From positions 56,814 to 120,813 of the forward strand of contig CAVVWF010000014.1 of NCBI GenBank assembly GCA_963751855.1: a DNA stretch of 64,000 nt, in the 5' to 3' direction. The stretch's first letter is position 1; each line of letters starts with the position of its first letter. This DNA is from an uncultured Alphaproteobacteria bacterium (GTDB lineage: Bacteria; Pseudomonadota; Alphaproteobacteria; Rhizobiales; Xanthobacteraceae). Below are positions 9,920 to 20,897 of this stretch, piece after piece. Both the position numbers and the translations under genes were made by a program. Below the pieces are notes generated by a model. That model saw nothing but the letters and a program-made list of their open reading frames with translations. It had not been told where the DNA came from and searched no databases.

Positions 9920-10749
9920 ATGAGCCGCTGGTTTCGCCTTTACGATGACGCGATCAACGATCCGAAGATCCTGAAATTGCCGGAGGCTTCGCGCTGGCAG
10001 TGGGTGGCGGTGCTGTGCATCGCCTCGAAACACGACGGCGTGCTGCGCGCAGCTGGCGGATGTGGCGCTGATGCTGCGCATGACGCGGCAAGAAGGCCGC
10101 CGCGATCCTCTCGCAGCTGGGCGAGGCCGGCCTGCTGGACCAAACTGATTCGATGGCCTTTCGCCGCACAATCTGGGACGGGCGGCAAGTTACAGATGAT
10201 CCAACTCCTACCTACCGGGTGAAAAGTTGTCAGAAACGCACAGCGAACGTTGAACGAACGACGACGACTGCGCTGACAAACAGGTTCGCTAGTTCTTATC
10301 GAGAACAAGCTCGATGACGGGCAGGGACGTGACTTGGCAGGCGCTAAAATACGCCTTATTGTCTGAGATGGAAAGACAAATCGACGCAGATTCCAAGACT
10401 ATGACAGAGTCAGAACGAAGTCACACGCAAACTTTTTGACTGAGGCTGACGCCTCACGCGCTGACGCGCCGTGTGATCCGTCCATTGCCGGCGGGAATAT
10501 TTCGCCAGGGGCAAGGCGCTGTTGGGAAAGAACGCGGGCGGGCAACTGGCGAAGCTGAAAGCTGCGAAGGGCGGCAATGTCGCGCTGGCGCGTGCGGTGA
10601 TCGAGACCGCAAGCACCAGGCAAAACCCGGCGGAATATGTCGCAGGCGCGATCCGCGCGTCGTCACTTGCTGCAAAGCCGCTCACGGAATTCCAACGCAA
10701 ACAGGCGGAAACCAACGATGTCCGAGTCCATTCCGCAGAGAGCTCTTGA
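9920..10749 (+). pseudogene. phage replication initiator/replisome-organizer-like protein, fragmented
   Basis: MSRWFRLYDDAINDPKILKL N-terminus; C-terminal IETASTRQNPAEYVAGAIR; garbled middle. Confidence 0.65.
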
Positions 10750-10957
10750 AACAAGTGGTGGCAGCTGCGGCGGAGCGGCTGATACAACGGCTTCTCATCC
10801 GGCGGAAATCCAGGCGACATCGACCTTGACAAGAGGGTTGGTTGCCTTTGATCGACTTATGGTGGACGCCATGGCTCGATTGGAAAAGTCGTTCAAGGAG
10901 CCGATAGCGGAAGCCGCAGAAATCCTGAAATGGCGACGAGATTTCTTGATTGATCCC

Positions 10958-11468
10958 ATGAAAATCTACACGGCCGGACCTTGGCTTCTCGGAAGCAGGC
11001 CGAATTTTTCATCAGCGGATCGTCGCGCAGCTGCGCGCCTTGAACCACGAGGTGCTCGACCATCGGGAGTTTGACGGCGCGGCCATCGCGCGCGTGTTGG
11101 CGATGCCCTACGGCGCGGCACGGCGCAGGGCCTGGGCGGAGCTCAATCCTTTGATCGGGGAGGCCAACCAGCGGCTCATCGATGAGGCCGATGTCATCTT
11201 CGCCGTGCTGGACGGCGTCGATGTCGACAGCGGCACCGCCGCCGAGATCGGCTATGGCTTCGCGAAGGCTAAAAAGATCTTGGGCTATCGCGGCGACTTT
11301 CGCCCGGCGGGGGACAACGAGGGCGCCAGCGTCAATCTGCAGGTGGAATATTTCATCCGCAAAAGCGGCGGCGCGATCATCACCACCATCGACGATCTGC
11401 CGGGCGCGCTGGCGGAGGCTGGGAATGAAGACGTGATCGCGGGGTTCACCTTGCAGGGCCGGCTTTAG
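10958..11468 (+). CDS. nucleoside 2-deoxyribosyltransferase family protein (frameshift near 10980)
   Basis: MKIYTAGP...LDGVDVDSGTAAEIGYG...VNLQV. Confidence 0.85.
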
Positions 11469-11606
11469 CCTACGCAACCCACGGCCTACCCAACTCACAC
11501 TTGCGGCCCCATATGTCCGGGCAAGGCGAGGTCCAAGGGAATATCCAAGGGCAAGTCCAGGGAAAGCGTGGGGGCAATTGAGGTCTGGTTGCATCCGGAG
11601 GTCACC

Positions 11607-11870
11607 ATGCGAACCGTAGTTTTAGCCATTGCGACGGGCGCCGTCGTGTCATTGCTCAATGTTGGCGGAGCGCAAGCCCAGCAATATCCATTCTGTCTCA
11701 AGATGGGCCCTGGGCCGGGCAACTGCATGTACAGCACCTATCAGCAGTGTCTGGCGACCGCGTCAGGCACCGGATATTACTGTCAGCCGAATTACGCGCT
11801 TCGGTCGTCTCGCGGTTATGCGCGCTACGGGCGCTCGCGGGCCTATCGCGCTTACGGTCAACAATACTGA
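11607..11870 (+). CDS. DUF3551-like secreted 4-Cys protein, copy 1
   Basis: signal peptide AQAQ; YPFC-x9-C-x-Y-x-TYQQCLATASG-x4-C-x-PN. Confidence 0.85.
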   Translation: MRTVVLAIATGAVVSLLNVGGAQAQQYPFCLKMGPGPGNCMYSTYQQCLATASGTGYYCQPNYALRSSRGYARYGRSRAYRAYGQQY

Positions 11871-11905
11871 CGCAACGTGCCATCTGGTTGCATCTGGAGG
11901 TCACC

Positions 11906-12172
11906 ATGCGAACCGTACTTCTAGCCATTGCGACGGGTGCCGCCGTGTCATTGCTCACCATTGGCGCGACGCAAGCCCAGAACTATCCATTCTGTCTGAA
12001 GAACGACGCCGGGCCGGGTGATTGTAAATACAACACCTATGAGCAGTGTCTGGCGGCCGCATCCGGCACCAAGGGTTACTGTCAGCCGAACTACTGGCTT
12101 CCGCAGAATTATGGCGCGCCGGTGTACGGGCGTTCGTCGCGGGCCAATCGTTATTACGGTCCGCAATACTGA
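11906..12172 (+). CDS. DUF3551-like secreted 4-Cys protein, copy 2
   Basis: same scaffold; GGAGG RBS. Confidence 0.85.
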   Translation: MRTVLLAIATGAAVSLLTIGATQAQNYPFCLKNDAGPGDCKYNTYEQCLAAASGTKGYCQPNYWLPQNYGAPVYGRSSRANRYYGPQY

Positions 12173-12207
12173 AGCGGCGTGCCACCTGGTTACATCCGGA
12201 GGTCACC

Positions 12208-12474
12208 ATGCGAGCCGTACTGTTAGCCATTGCGACGGGAGCCGTCGTGTCATTGCTCAATGTTGGCGCGGCGCAAGCCCAGAATTATCCATTCTGCCTG
12301 AAGACCGGCCCCGGGCCGGGCGATTGCAAATATGACACCTATGAGCAGTGTCTGGCGACCGCGTCAGGCACCGCATATTACTGTCAGCCGAACTACTGGC
12401 TTCCGCAGAATTATGGTGCGCCGGTGTACGGGCGTTGGTCGCGGGCCAATCGCGCCTATGGCCGGCAATACTGA
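12208..12474 (+). CDS. DUF3551-like secreted 4-Cys protein, copy 3
   Basis: same scaffold; GGAGG RBS. Confidence 0.85.
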   Translation: MRAVLLAIATGAVVSLLNVGAAQAQNYPFCLKTGPGPGDCKYDTYEQCLATASGTAYYCQPNYWLPQNYGAPVYGRWSRANRAYGRQY

Positions 12475-12487
12475 CGCGGCGTGCCAT

Positions 12488-12548
12488 CGGCGGCGTGATC
12501 ATCTCCACCATCGACGATCTGCCAAAGGCGCTGAAGAAACTGCGCACT
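12488..12548 (+). repeat. orphan copy of the deoxyribosyltransferase 3' end (cf. 11366-11411 and 13041-13106)
   Basis: encodes GGVIISTIDDLPKAL vs GGAIITTIDDLPGAL. Confidence 0.85.
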
Positions 12549-12731
12549 AGCGAAGCCGGGCACGGGGACGTGATCTCGGCGAAGTGACGGTGGGGGTCTT
12601 AATAGCAGTGCCGTGCCCAGCCTTAATTTACTCACGCCTGCGGCCCCATATCTCCGGGCAAGGAAATATCCAAGGCAAGGTCTGAAGGAAAGTCTGAAGG
12701 CAATTCGGTCTGGTTGCATCTGGAGGTCGCC

Positions 12732-13001
12732 ATGCGAACCGTGCTTTTAGCTGTTGCGACGGTGGCCGCCGTCTCAACGCTCACCATTGGCGCGACGCAA
12801 GCCCAGAACTATCCATTCTGCGTGAGGAACGGGGGCGGGCCGGGCGATTGTAAATACGACACCTATGAGCAGTGTCTGGCGGCCGTATCAGGCACGGGTG
12901 GTGAGTGTCAGCCGAACTATTGGCTTCCGCAGCGTGAGGCCGCGCCGCCGGCCGGGCGTTCGTCGCGGGCACATCGCACTTATTATGGTCCGCAATACTG
13001 A
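12732..13001 (+). CDS. DUF3551-like secreted 4-Cys protein, copy 4
   Basis: same scaffold; upstream region duplicates 11490-11606. Confidence 0.85.
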   Translation: MRTVLLAVATVAAVSTLTIGATQAQNYPFCVRNGGGPGDCKYDTYEQCLAAVSGTGGECQPNYWLPQREAAPPAGRSSRAHRTYYGPQY

Positions 13002-13040
13002 CGCGGCGTGGCATCTGAGATTGAGGCGTTGGGCGATTGA

Positions 13041-13106
13041 GGCGCCATCATCGCGATCATCGCCACCATCGATGATCTGCCAAAGGCGCTGAAGAAACTG
13101 CGCACT
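13041..13106 (+). repeat. second orphan copy of the deoxyribosyltransferase 3' end
   Basis: CCACCATCGAYGATCTGCCAAAGGCGCTGAAGAAACTGCGCACT shared with 12488-12548. Confidence 0.85.
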
Positions 13107-13272
13107 GGCGCAAGTGGGGGCGGAGAGGTGAGCGGGTGCCGCACCTGTTACCGAAATCGATCGAATTGAATTCAACTCCAGCACGGAATGAAGACGCCTC
13201 CGAACCAAGCTCAGGCCAACGGGCGGCTTGCCCTGAGTGGTGTGACCGACGAGACGAGGCCAAGACGTGGCG

Positions 13273-13473
13273 ATGAGTGTCCAGACCGAGCTGCCCCCGC
13301 AGAGCCCCCGCCGGAAGTTTCGTTTCCGGCCGCTTGTGTCGGCCATGGTTTCGACGGGCCTGTTTGTGATGTTGTTCGTTCTGCTCACGCGTCTGTATTG
13401 TTCGAATGTCGTGAAGCAAGCGCGTCTCGGCACGGATCAGCGATCACCGCAGATGAGGGGCGATCTTGCATGA
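13273..13473 (+). CDS. small hypothetical membrane protein or fragment
   Basis: one hydrophobic segment. Confidence 0.35.
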   Translation: MSVQTELPPQSPRRKFRFRPLVSAMVSTGLFVMLFVLLTRLYCSNVVKQARLGTDQRSPQMRGDLA

Positions 13474-13566
13474 AGGGTGATCTTGCATGAAGGGTGATCT
13501 TGGATAAGTGCCCGCATGCGGCCGCTCTTGAAGGTGAGCGACGGTGCGAACGTCGCGACGGTCATC

Positions 13567-14025
13567 TCATGACGACGTCGCGGGCTCCGCGTGTTTGACG
13601 ATCCGGTCAGGGCGGACAATCAGCCAGAAGCACAGCGCGGCCACCATGCCGCAGATCATGACCGCGGCGACGAACAGTGGCGCCACAAAGACTGTTTCCC
13701 GCGACAATCCCAGCCAGTCGCCCATGCGCTTCGACACACTCCATCCGGCTAAAGCGGCGATGCCCAGCAAGGGGCCGGCAACGATGTAAGTCCGCCATCC
13801 ACTCCAGCCCCACCGCCGAAACAGCACATACATCGGTACGCCGACGACAATGGCCGCGGGATAAGCGAGCGCAGCGGAGACGAACAGCACGGACCAGGCC
13901 GCTCCCGCATGTTCGGTGGCACATGCGACAACAGCCGTGAGCAACAGTCCCGGCGCGAGCGGGCTGATGATGAAGCCGATCATTGTGCGAAGCATTGGAC
14001 GAAGCATTGGACCCGGCGTTGACAC
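13567..14025 (-). CDS. hypothetical membrane protein (~4 TM)
   Basis: hydrophobic ORF ending FWLIVRPDR. Confidence 0.7.
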   Translation of the reverse strand: MSTPGPMLRPMLRTMIGFIISPLAPGLLLTAVVACATEHAGAAWSVLFVSAALAYPAAIVVGVPMYVLFRRWGWSGWRTYIVAGPLLGIAALAGWSVSKRMGDWLGLSRETVFVAPLFVAAVMICGMVAALCFWLIVRPDRIVKHAEPATSS

Positions 14026-14132
14026 GTTAAATCTCCCGGAGGCCGAGTGAGAGAGAAAGCGATTTGAGAGAAAGAAGCGCGCATCAGATGCGCGCTGTCC
14101 CCCGCCATGCTTTGTCGCGCGTGGCTGCCGAT

Positions 14133-14188
14133 GCGTTCACCGTTCGCTGTGGATTCGTAGAATCTCGGTGCCGGGATTGAGCACGCGG
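14133..14188 (-). repeat. orphan copy of the 3' end of the ABM-fusion gene (partner 15172-15226)
   Basis: encodes YESTANGERIG vs HESTANGERLG. Confidence 0.85.
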
Positions 14189-14345
14189 TGCTCCATCCAT
14201 TGTGCGGAAGCGTCGGGGGTATCCGCAAGTGGCCACCGTCAACAATCTGCGCGTCGAAGATGCGCGAGGGGTGGAATCACGTGTATTTTAGGCACTTGAT
14301 ATTGAACCAATTCTATATATAGTAATTCTACTATAGGAAATAGGT

Positions 14346-14744
14346 GTGACGAAGCGCGCAAGGAAGACGGCAACGCCGAAAGGCGAAAGCACCGTTCATT
14401 TCGTTGGATCGAGCAGAAAGGATCTCAAAGCCCTTCCCAAGGCTGTTCGCTTTGTCTTTGCCTACGCGCTGCTCTTGGCGGAAGGAGGGTTGAAGCATCC
14501 GGATGCCAAGCCGTTGAAGGGCTTTGGCGGTGCCGGCGTTCTTGAGGTGGTCGAGAATGCGGACAGCGACACTTTCCGAGCGGTCTATTCGGTCAAGTTC
14601 GGCAAGATGGTTTATGTGCTGCATGCGTTCAAGAAGAAATCGAAGGTCGGATCGAAAACGCCGCCGCGTGACATGGAGCTGATCACAAAGCGCCTGAAAG
14701 AGGCGGAGCAGCACTACAAGGACAATTACGCGCCGAAGACGTGA
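14346..14744 (+). CDS. type II TA toxin, RelE/ParE (Gp49-like) family
   Basis: AKPLKGFGGAGVLEV...TFRAVY...VYVLHAFKKKS. Confidence 0.9.
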   Translation: MTKRARKTATPKGESTVHFVGSSRKDLKALPKAVRFVFAYALLLAEGGLKHPDAKPLKGFGGAGVLEVVENADSDTFRAVYSVKFGKMVYVLHAFKKKSKVGSKTPPRDMELITKRLKEAEQHYKDNYAPKT

Positions 14745-14778
14745 TCGGTCGGGTCAAGGCGGCATGGTGAGGTGTGAT

Positions 14779-15102
14779 ATGGCGAAGACAGCAAAAATAA
14801 CCAAAAGCAGCGGAAACATCTTTGCCGATCTGGGTCTCGAAAATTCCCAGGAGCATCAGGCCAAGGCTCAGCTCGTCGTGCTCATCAGCGAGAGGATCGA
14901 GACGCTTGGTCTCACGCAAGGGCAAGCCGCAACCCGCATGGGGTTGAAGCAGCCCGACGTTTCAAAATTGCTGCGCGGAAAGTTCGAGGGCTTTTCTCTC
15001 GAACGGCTGCTGTTCTTTGTCCGCACGCTGGGGTCAGACGTGGAAATCAAGATCAAGCCGAGCAAACCGAAACAAGAAGGCAAGCTTCTTGTGACCGCCT
15101 AG
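14779..15102 (+). CDS. XRE-family HTH antitoxin
   Basis: SSGNIFADLG...LTQGQAATRMGLKQPDVSKLLRGKFEGFSLERL. Confidence 0.9.
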   Translation: MAKTAKITKSSGNIFADLGLENSQEHQAKAQLVVLISERIETLGLTQGQAATRMGLKQPDVSKLLRGKFEGFSLERLLFFVRTLGSDVEIKIKPSKPKQEGKLLVTA

Positions 15103-15138
15103 CGCGTGGGGAGGCAACGCAGCCAAGACTACGCATCC

Positions 15139-16125
15139 TCACCCGCGCTGCCTGAGAGCCTTCACGCCTAAGCGTTCACCGTTCGCCGTGGATTCATGGA
15201 TCTCGTAGCCGGGGCTGATCACGCGGCGCGGGTCGGCGTCCTCGCGGTCGATCTCCTCGCTGCACATCCCGTTGGTTTGCGCGAACATCCATAGTTCGTC
15301 CTCGGCGGCGAACACGCCACCGATGCGGCGCTGTTCGCTGACCGAATACAGATAATAATGTATCGACCCACGCTTGGCGGTTTCTTGCGTGGCGGCTCCG
15401 TGCTTGGTCGTCTCGTGCGTGACGTGCTCGCGCGTGCTCTGCTCATGCACCGGCGCGTCGCGCGGAATCTGCGGGTAATATTGCGGGGCCTCGCGGCGGT
15501 CGAACATGCCGTAGTCGCGCACGATGCGCACGCGGCGGCGGCGTGCCTCCTTCTGAAGTGACGCCTGTGCGTCAAAGGCTTCCGCGTCTTCCTTGTCGCG
15601 CCACGACAGCAGCAGGATGACATCGCCGGGCGTCAGCACCGCTTCGAACACATCCCATGCCACGAGGCCTGTTGCGCTGATATCGAGGCCGAGCCGTGTG
15701 GCGATGTCCTCGGCGCCGGTTGATTTCACCCACTCGGGTGCGCGGCTGGTGTCGATCAGCGTGACGGTGGTGGCGTGGCCCGCAACAGTTTCGTCAAAGC
15801 GCTGTTCACGCAGTGCTTCGCCCTCGGGCGGTTGCGTGTCCTGGGTGATCTCGCCGACGCGCAAATGATAATCGCGGAACACATCGTTGCGGCCTTTTTC
15901 CTGCACGGCGTGGTGCCTGGTCTGCACACGCCAGCGCACCAGCGCCTTCTCGTCGCGCCAGCCGGAGAGCGACAGCAGCCAGCCCTCGCGCGTCAGGCTG
16001 CGGTAGCGGATGTTGTCCATGAAGCCGTCGATCGCCTCGATCTCCGGCTTCAGCATCTTCGCGTAGCCGAGATAGGTGTCCCACTGGTCGGATTTCGGGT
16101 TCACCTCGAACAGCACCTGAAACAT
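15139..16125 (-). CDS. antibiotic biosynthesis monooxygenase (ABM) family protein with unrelated C-terminal extension
   Basis: VLFEVNPK...LSLSGWRDEKALVRWR...HHAVQEKGR...RDYGMFDRREAPQYYP. Confidence 0.82.
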   Translation of the reverse strand: MFQVLFEVNPKSDQWDTYLGYAKMLKPEIEAIDGFMDNIRYRSLTREGWLLSLSGWRDEKALVRWRVQTRHHAVQEKGRNDVFRDYHLRVGEITQDTQPPEGEALREQRFDETVAGHATTVTLIDTSRAPEWVKSTGAEDIATRLGLDISATGLVAWDVFEAVLTPGDVILLLSWRDKEDAEAFDAQASLQKEARRRRVRIVRDYGMFDRREAPQYYPQIPRDAPVHEQSTREHVTHETTKHGAATQETAKRGSIHYYLYSVSEQRRIGGVFAAEDELWMFAQTNGMCSEEIDREDADPRRVISPGYEIHESTANGERLGVKALRQRG

Positions 16126-16352
16126 GGCTTTCTCCCAAATGCTTTTGTGGTCGCAATCAGACGGCGGCGATGCAGGCGAAGTTAGTATGCCACCCCGGCC
16201 TGGAGAAGACATATCGTCCAGCGCACGGGTGAGAACGATGAACGGCGTCAATGGTTCAGGCTATACGTGTCATCATTGCGACGTGCGCGAGGCGTGATTT
16301 CGCAGCGTGACGTTGTAACGTGTCTCTGCAGCGTATCCATGCAGCGTGACTA

Positions 16353-17289
16353 TCACCCCGCCGGCATCGCGCGGGCGAGAAAGTCGAACATCCGGCGCCG
16401 CCCGTCTTTGGTCGCCTCGAGCGAGAAGCGGTATTCGACATGATTGCCGCGCATGTCGGTCTTGGCTGCGGCCGTCGAGCCCGCGGCAGTCCCAGCAGTG
16501 CGTGGTCTGCGGATAGACGTGCCACTCCACCGGCGCGCCCGCGCTCTTCAAAGCTTCGAGTTTGCTCACGCATTCGCCCGCGGGCGTCTCGGTATCGGCC
16601 TCGCCCATCAGCACCAGCAGCGGGCGGTTGATGTCGGCGTTGACGATTTCAAACGGCGGCCTGCCGTTCGGCGGCGTGATGGTGAAGCAGCCGGGATAGA
16701 AACTCACCACCGCCGCAAAGCCTGGGCCCGCCTTCAGCGCCGATGCGTAATGCGGGCTTGACGCGATCAGCCCGACCATCGCCCCCCATGAGAAGCCGAC
16801 CAGCGCAATGCGCTTTTTGTCGATATAGGGAAGGCCGCGCAGATGCTCCGCCGCCTGCAGCGCATCGCGCGCGCCGCGAAAGAAGTTCACGCCCATCTTC
16901 GGGCCGTAACACACGCTGGCAACGCCGCGCGAACTGAAGCTGTCGATCACCAGCACCGCGTAGTTTTGGGCCAGCGCCTCGCGCGCGTTGGCCATCACGG
17001 CGCCATTGAGGCCCGCGCATTGATGCACCATGACGATGGCGGGGAAGGGGCCGCTGCCTTCAGGCTTCATCAGCGTCATGCGCCGCTTAAGACCTGCGGC
17101 ACCGGTTTGCGCGGTGGCGGGAAACGACAGGTCAGGCGCAAGCGTCGCGCCGCGAGTGATCGCCTCCGGCGGCCAGAGGGTGTCCGGCGTGCGGTCGTCC
17201 GCCTTCGCCGTGGCGGCTGCGCCCGCCATGAGCGCACAGAGCAATACAGGAACTATCGCGGCTCGGACAATCCCGGCTTGAAGGGTCAC
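16353..17289 (-). CDS. dienelactone hydrolase family protein (frameshift near 16465)
   Basis: GFSWG nucleophile elbow, GEADTET, YPQTTH. Confidence 0.82.
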
Positions 17290-17421
17290 AGGCGGCTCTC
17301 GGTCATGCTTTCGGGGGACGGTGGAGGCAGGGGCGACACCCAGTTGGGTCTTGTTATCGCGCGAAGTCTGCCGCTAGTATCGCGATATTTCGAGAATTAA
17401 TTTTGTGACGGAGATGTTGCG

Positions 17422-20400
17422 ATGCCAAAGCTCGGGCTTCCCGAAGCTGCACGCCGGCGCTCCATTGTTTTTTTTGGCGGTCTTTTCGCCGTCCTCGCCG
17501 TTTTCGTCGTGCAGCCCGCGTTTGCCGAACTCTCCCAGGAAGCGGCCATTGAAAGCTGTCGCAACAGCGTCGGGCGCCCCATCGTCATGGCGTGCATGCG
17601 CGCGAGCGGCGGCATGGCCAGTCTAGAGGCATGCCGCACCAAGGCGAAACCGCAAGTGCGCGCCTGCGTGATGGCAAAGTTGAACGCCGCGAACGGCCGC
17701 GCCAATGTCGCGGTCGCCGTTCCCACCGAAGCCGCACCGAAGCTGTCGCCGGGACCAGCACTGCCGGCTGGCTTTATTGCGCCGCCGCGCACCATTTCCG
17801 ACATCACCGCCATTCTCGACAGCGAAAAGCCGGACCTCAAGAAGATCGAGGAGAAGAAGGCCGACGCGGACGATGAGCCGACCGGCAAGGAAACGCGGAA
17901 GGATCTCGCGCAGCTCTATTACGACCGCAGCAATGCGCGCGGCGAGCTCGGGCGCTTGGCGGACGCCATCGCCGACGCCAACAAGGCCATGGAGACAGGA
18001 CGCGGCGCGATCTCGGACAATTTCATGGGTCGCATCATGATGCTCGCGGGGCTGCACTATATGGCGTCGGGCGATCTCAAGAAGGCGCTCGAACTGGCAC
18101 AGCGCCAGTTGCGGGAGATCGCAGCCCAGCCGGGCGGGAAGGGCTATCTGTTCGGCGTCAACCGGCAGGTCACGGCCTTGCTGCTGCAGATGGGCGACAT
18201 CGCCCAGGCCGATACGTATGTGCGGCGAAACGAGGTGGTGATCCAGGAAGCGCGCACCAGTGGTCACCCCGCATGGCGCACCTCCTACGCCAAGGTGGGG
18301 CAGAGCTGGGAAGCCGAGATCGAATTCGGCCGCGCCATGATCGCGGAAGCCCGCGGACAGTTCGCTGAAGCCGAAGCCGCCTACAAGCTCACCGAACAGC
18401 GCCGCCGCGCCGCGATGAAGGGCCTGCTGAGCACAGAAAACCCACCCTCGGAATCCGTTCTGCTGGTGGGCATCGATTTCTCCGTGCTCAAGCAGGCGCG
18501 GATGAAGGCGCAGCAGGGGCGGCTTGCGGAAGCCGAGGTCGATGCGCGGCGCGCGCTGCTCTCGCGCCTGAGGGACAACGGCAAGTATCATCCGCAAACG
18601 CCGCGCTATGTGGCGGGGCTTGCCGGCATCCTTGTCGAACAAGGCCGCTATCAGGAAGCGGAAAAGCTGATGCGGGTGGCGCTCGATATCAACGAGACGC
18701 TCGGCATCGCGCCGGACTCGCAGTTCAAGGTCGAAGTCCTCGCCCAGCTGGCCGGTGTTTTGAACCTGCAGCGCAAGCGCGCGGAAGCCTCCGCCATGTT
18801 CGACAGCATCGACAAGGCGACCGCGAAATGGGAGCCGGCGCGCCGCCAGGTTTATGAACTCAATCCTTCGCGCATTCTCTCGCTTTATAACTCCGGCCAG
18901 GTCGAGGCCGGTTTGGCTGCCGCCGAACGGCTGGTGAAGAAGCAGGTGGCGCGCGTCGGCGACAGCCATTTCGACACGGCGTCCGCGCGCGGCACGCTCG
19001 CCGTCGGCCTGATGTGGGCCGGCCGCAATGCGGAGGCTGCGCGCGAGTTCAAGGCCGCGATCCCGATCATGCTGACCGCGGCGCGCGAGAACGCGGACGA
19101 CGAGAACACCACGGTGGTGGCGGCGCGTGCGCAGCGTCTGCAGAACACGGTGGAGAGCTACTTCCTGCTGCTCTCGCGTGATCCTGCCGCCGCCGGCGAA
19201 GTGGGCGAGGAGACGTTTGCATTGGCTGACGCCGTGCGCGGCCAATCCGTGCAGCAGGCCTGGCGGCGTCGAGCGCGCGCGCCGCGGCGAAGGACCTGAG
19301 GCTGGCTGAGCTGGTGCGCAAGGAGCAGGATCTCGCCAAGCAGGTCAACGCCCAGCTCGGCACACTAAATAATGTGCTCTCGCTGCCCTCGAGCGAACGC
19401 GATGAGAAGGGCGTGCAGGCGATCAACGCCTCGATCAACGCGCTGCGCTCTGAGCGCAACAAGGCGCGGCAGGAGATCAAACAGACGTTTCCTGCATACG
19501 CGGATCTCGTTTCGCCCAAGCCGCCGTCGGTGGCCGAAATAAGAGCGCTGCTTGCGGACGGCGAGGCGATGCTCTCGTTCTATTTCGGGCAAAGCGGCAG
19601 CTTCGTGTGGGCCGTGCCGAAAACCGGACGCCGTCGCGTTCGCGGCGATCAAGGTGCCGAGCGGCGACATCGAGACCAAGGTGCGCAAGCTGCGCGAGGC
19701 GCTGGAGCCGCAGGCCGCGATGATCTCGGATATTCCGCCGTTCGATCTTGCGCTCGCCCACGAACTTTATGCGCTGTTGCTGCAGCCGGTGGAAAGCGGC
19801 TGGAAGGGTTCGAAGAACCTCGTCGTCGTCACCAACGGTGCACTCGGCCTGTTGCCGCTGTCGCTGCTGCCCACTCAGCCTGCCACTGTCTCGCAGGACG
19901 ATGATCCGCTGTTTGTCGGCTATCGCAATGTGCCGTGGTTGGCGCGCACCCATGCGGTGACCACGGTGCCGTCGGCGGCGGCGTTGCGCACGTTGCGGCA
20001 ACTGCCGCCGGGCAAACCCGGCCGCGGCGAGCTGGTGGCGTTCGGCGATCCGTTGTTCAGCACCGATCAGCAGGCGGAGGCGCAGATTGAGGCGGCGAAA
20101 GTGCGCGTCGCGCAAGTGAGCGACAACGTCATGCGCGGCGTGCCGCTGAAGCGGCGTAGTAGTCCCAAGTTGGAAGGCGTGGACAGCGCCGAGATCGCGC
20201 AGCTGCCGCGCCTGCCCGACACGTCGGAAGAACTGAAATCCATTGCGCTGGCGCTGCAGGCGGACCCCTCCAAGGTGCTGTATCTGGGCAAGGACGCGAC
20301 TGAGGGCGCGGTCAAGACCATGAACCTGTCCGGCTTCAAGGTGCTGGCGTTCGCCACCCATGGCCTGGTGCCGGGCGAGCTGAACGGCCTGACGCAGCCG

Positions 20401-20832
20401 GCGCTTGCGCTGTCATCGCCGGCTGTGACCGGCGAAGAAGGTGACGGTCTGCTGACCATGGAAGAGATCTTCGGCCTCAAGCTCGACGCCGACTGGGTCG
20501 TGCTCTCCGCGTGCAACACCGGCACGGGGGCAGGCGCGGGCGCGGAAGCAGCATCCGGTTTGGGCCGGGCATTCTTCTATGCAGGCACGCGCGCGCTGCT
20601 GGTGACCAACTGGTCGGTGCATTCGCAGTCCGCCCGCGAACTGGTGACCGATCTGTTCAAGCGGCAGGCGGACAATCCGAAGCTGCCGCGCAGCGAAGCG
20701 CTGCGGCAGGCGATGATGGCGCTGATGGATGGCCCCGGCTATCTCAATGCCGAGGGCAAGACCGAATTCGCCTATGCCCATCCGCTGTTCTGGGCGCCAT
20801 ACACCATCATCGGCGACGGTGGCGTTCGATGA
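17422..20832 (+). CDS. TPR-repeat plus CHAT (caspase-like) domain protein, frameshifts near 19260 and 19625
   Basis: N-terminal signal/TM and 4-Cys domain, TPR-like helices, FATHG and LSACNT dyad motifs, HPLFWAPY. Confidence 0.88.
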
Positions 20833-20897
20833 GCGACAAGAGATTGATCGGCAAGCATCGATCGGCAGAGCCGTGAATGAGGAATAGAGGAGTAGCC

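Larger units (their letters stand above)
7637..10830. mobile_element. prophage early-region remnant (immunity and replication)
   Basis: cI/operators/cro/DnaA-IV/rep order; no integrase or virion genes in the window. Confidence 0.75.

Noticed and set aside
10190-10470. Phage origin iterons inside the replication gene
   Set aside because: Only short irregular repeats (GAACG, ACGACG) in an apparently garbled stretch.
11581-12735. CRISPR array
   Set aside because: The repeated leader is separated by ~265-bp homologous coding units rather than unique 30-40 bp spacers; no cas genes.
11607-13001. Diversity-generating retroelement (TR/VR) explanation for the peptide array
   Set aside because: No reverse transcriptase in the window, and differences are not adenine-restricted (e.g. 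GCC/CCC, GGT/TAT).
17623-19245. 540-aa antisense ORF, and similar long shadow ORFs over catalase, MBL and IS genes
   Set aside because: Antisense shadows of high-GC coding frames with no recognisable motifs.
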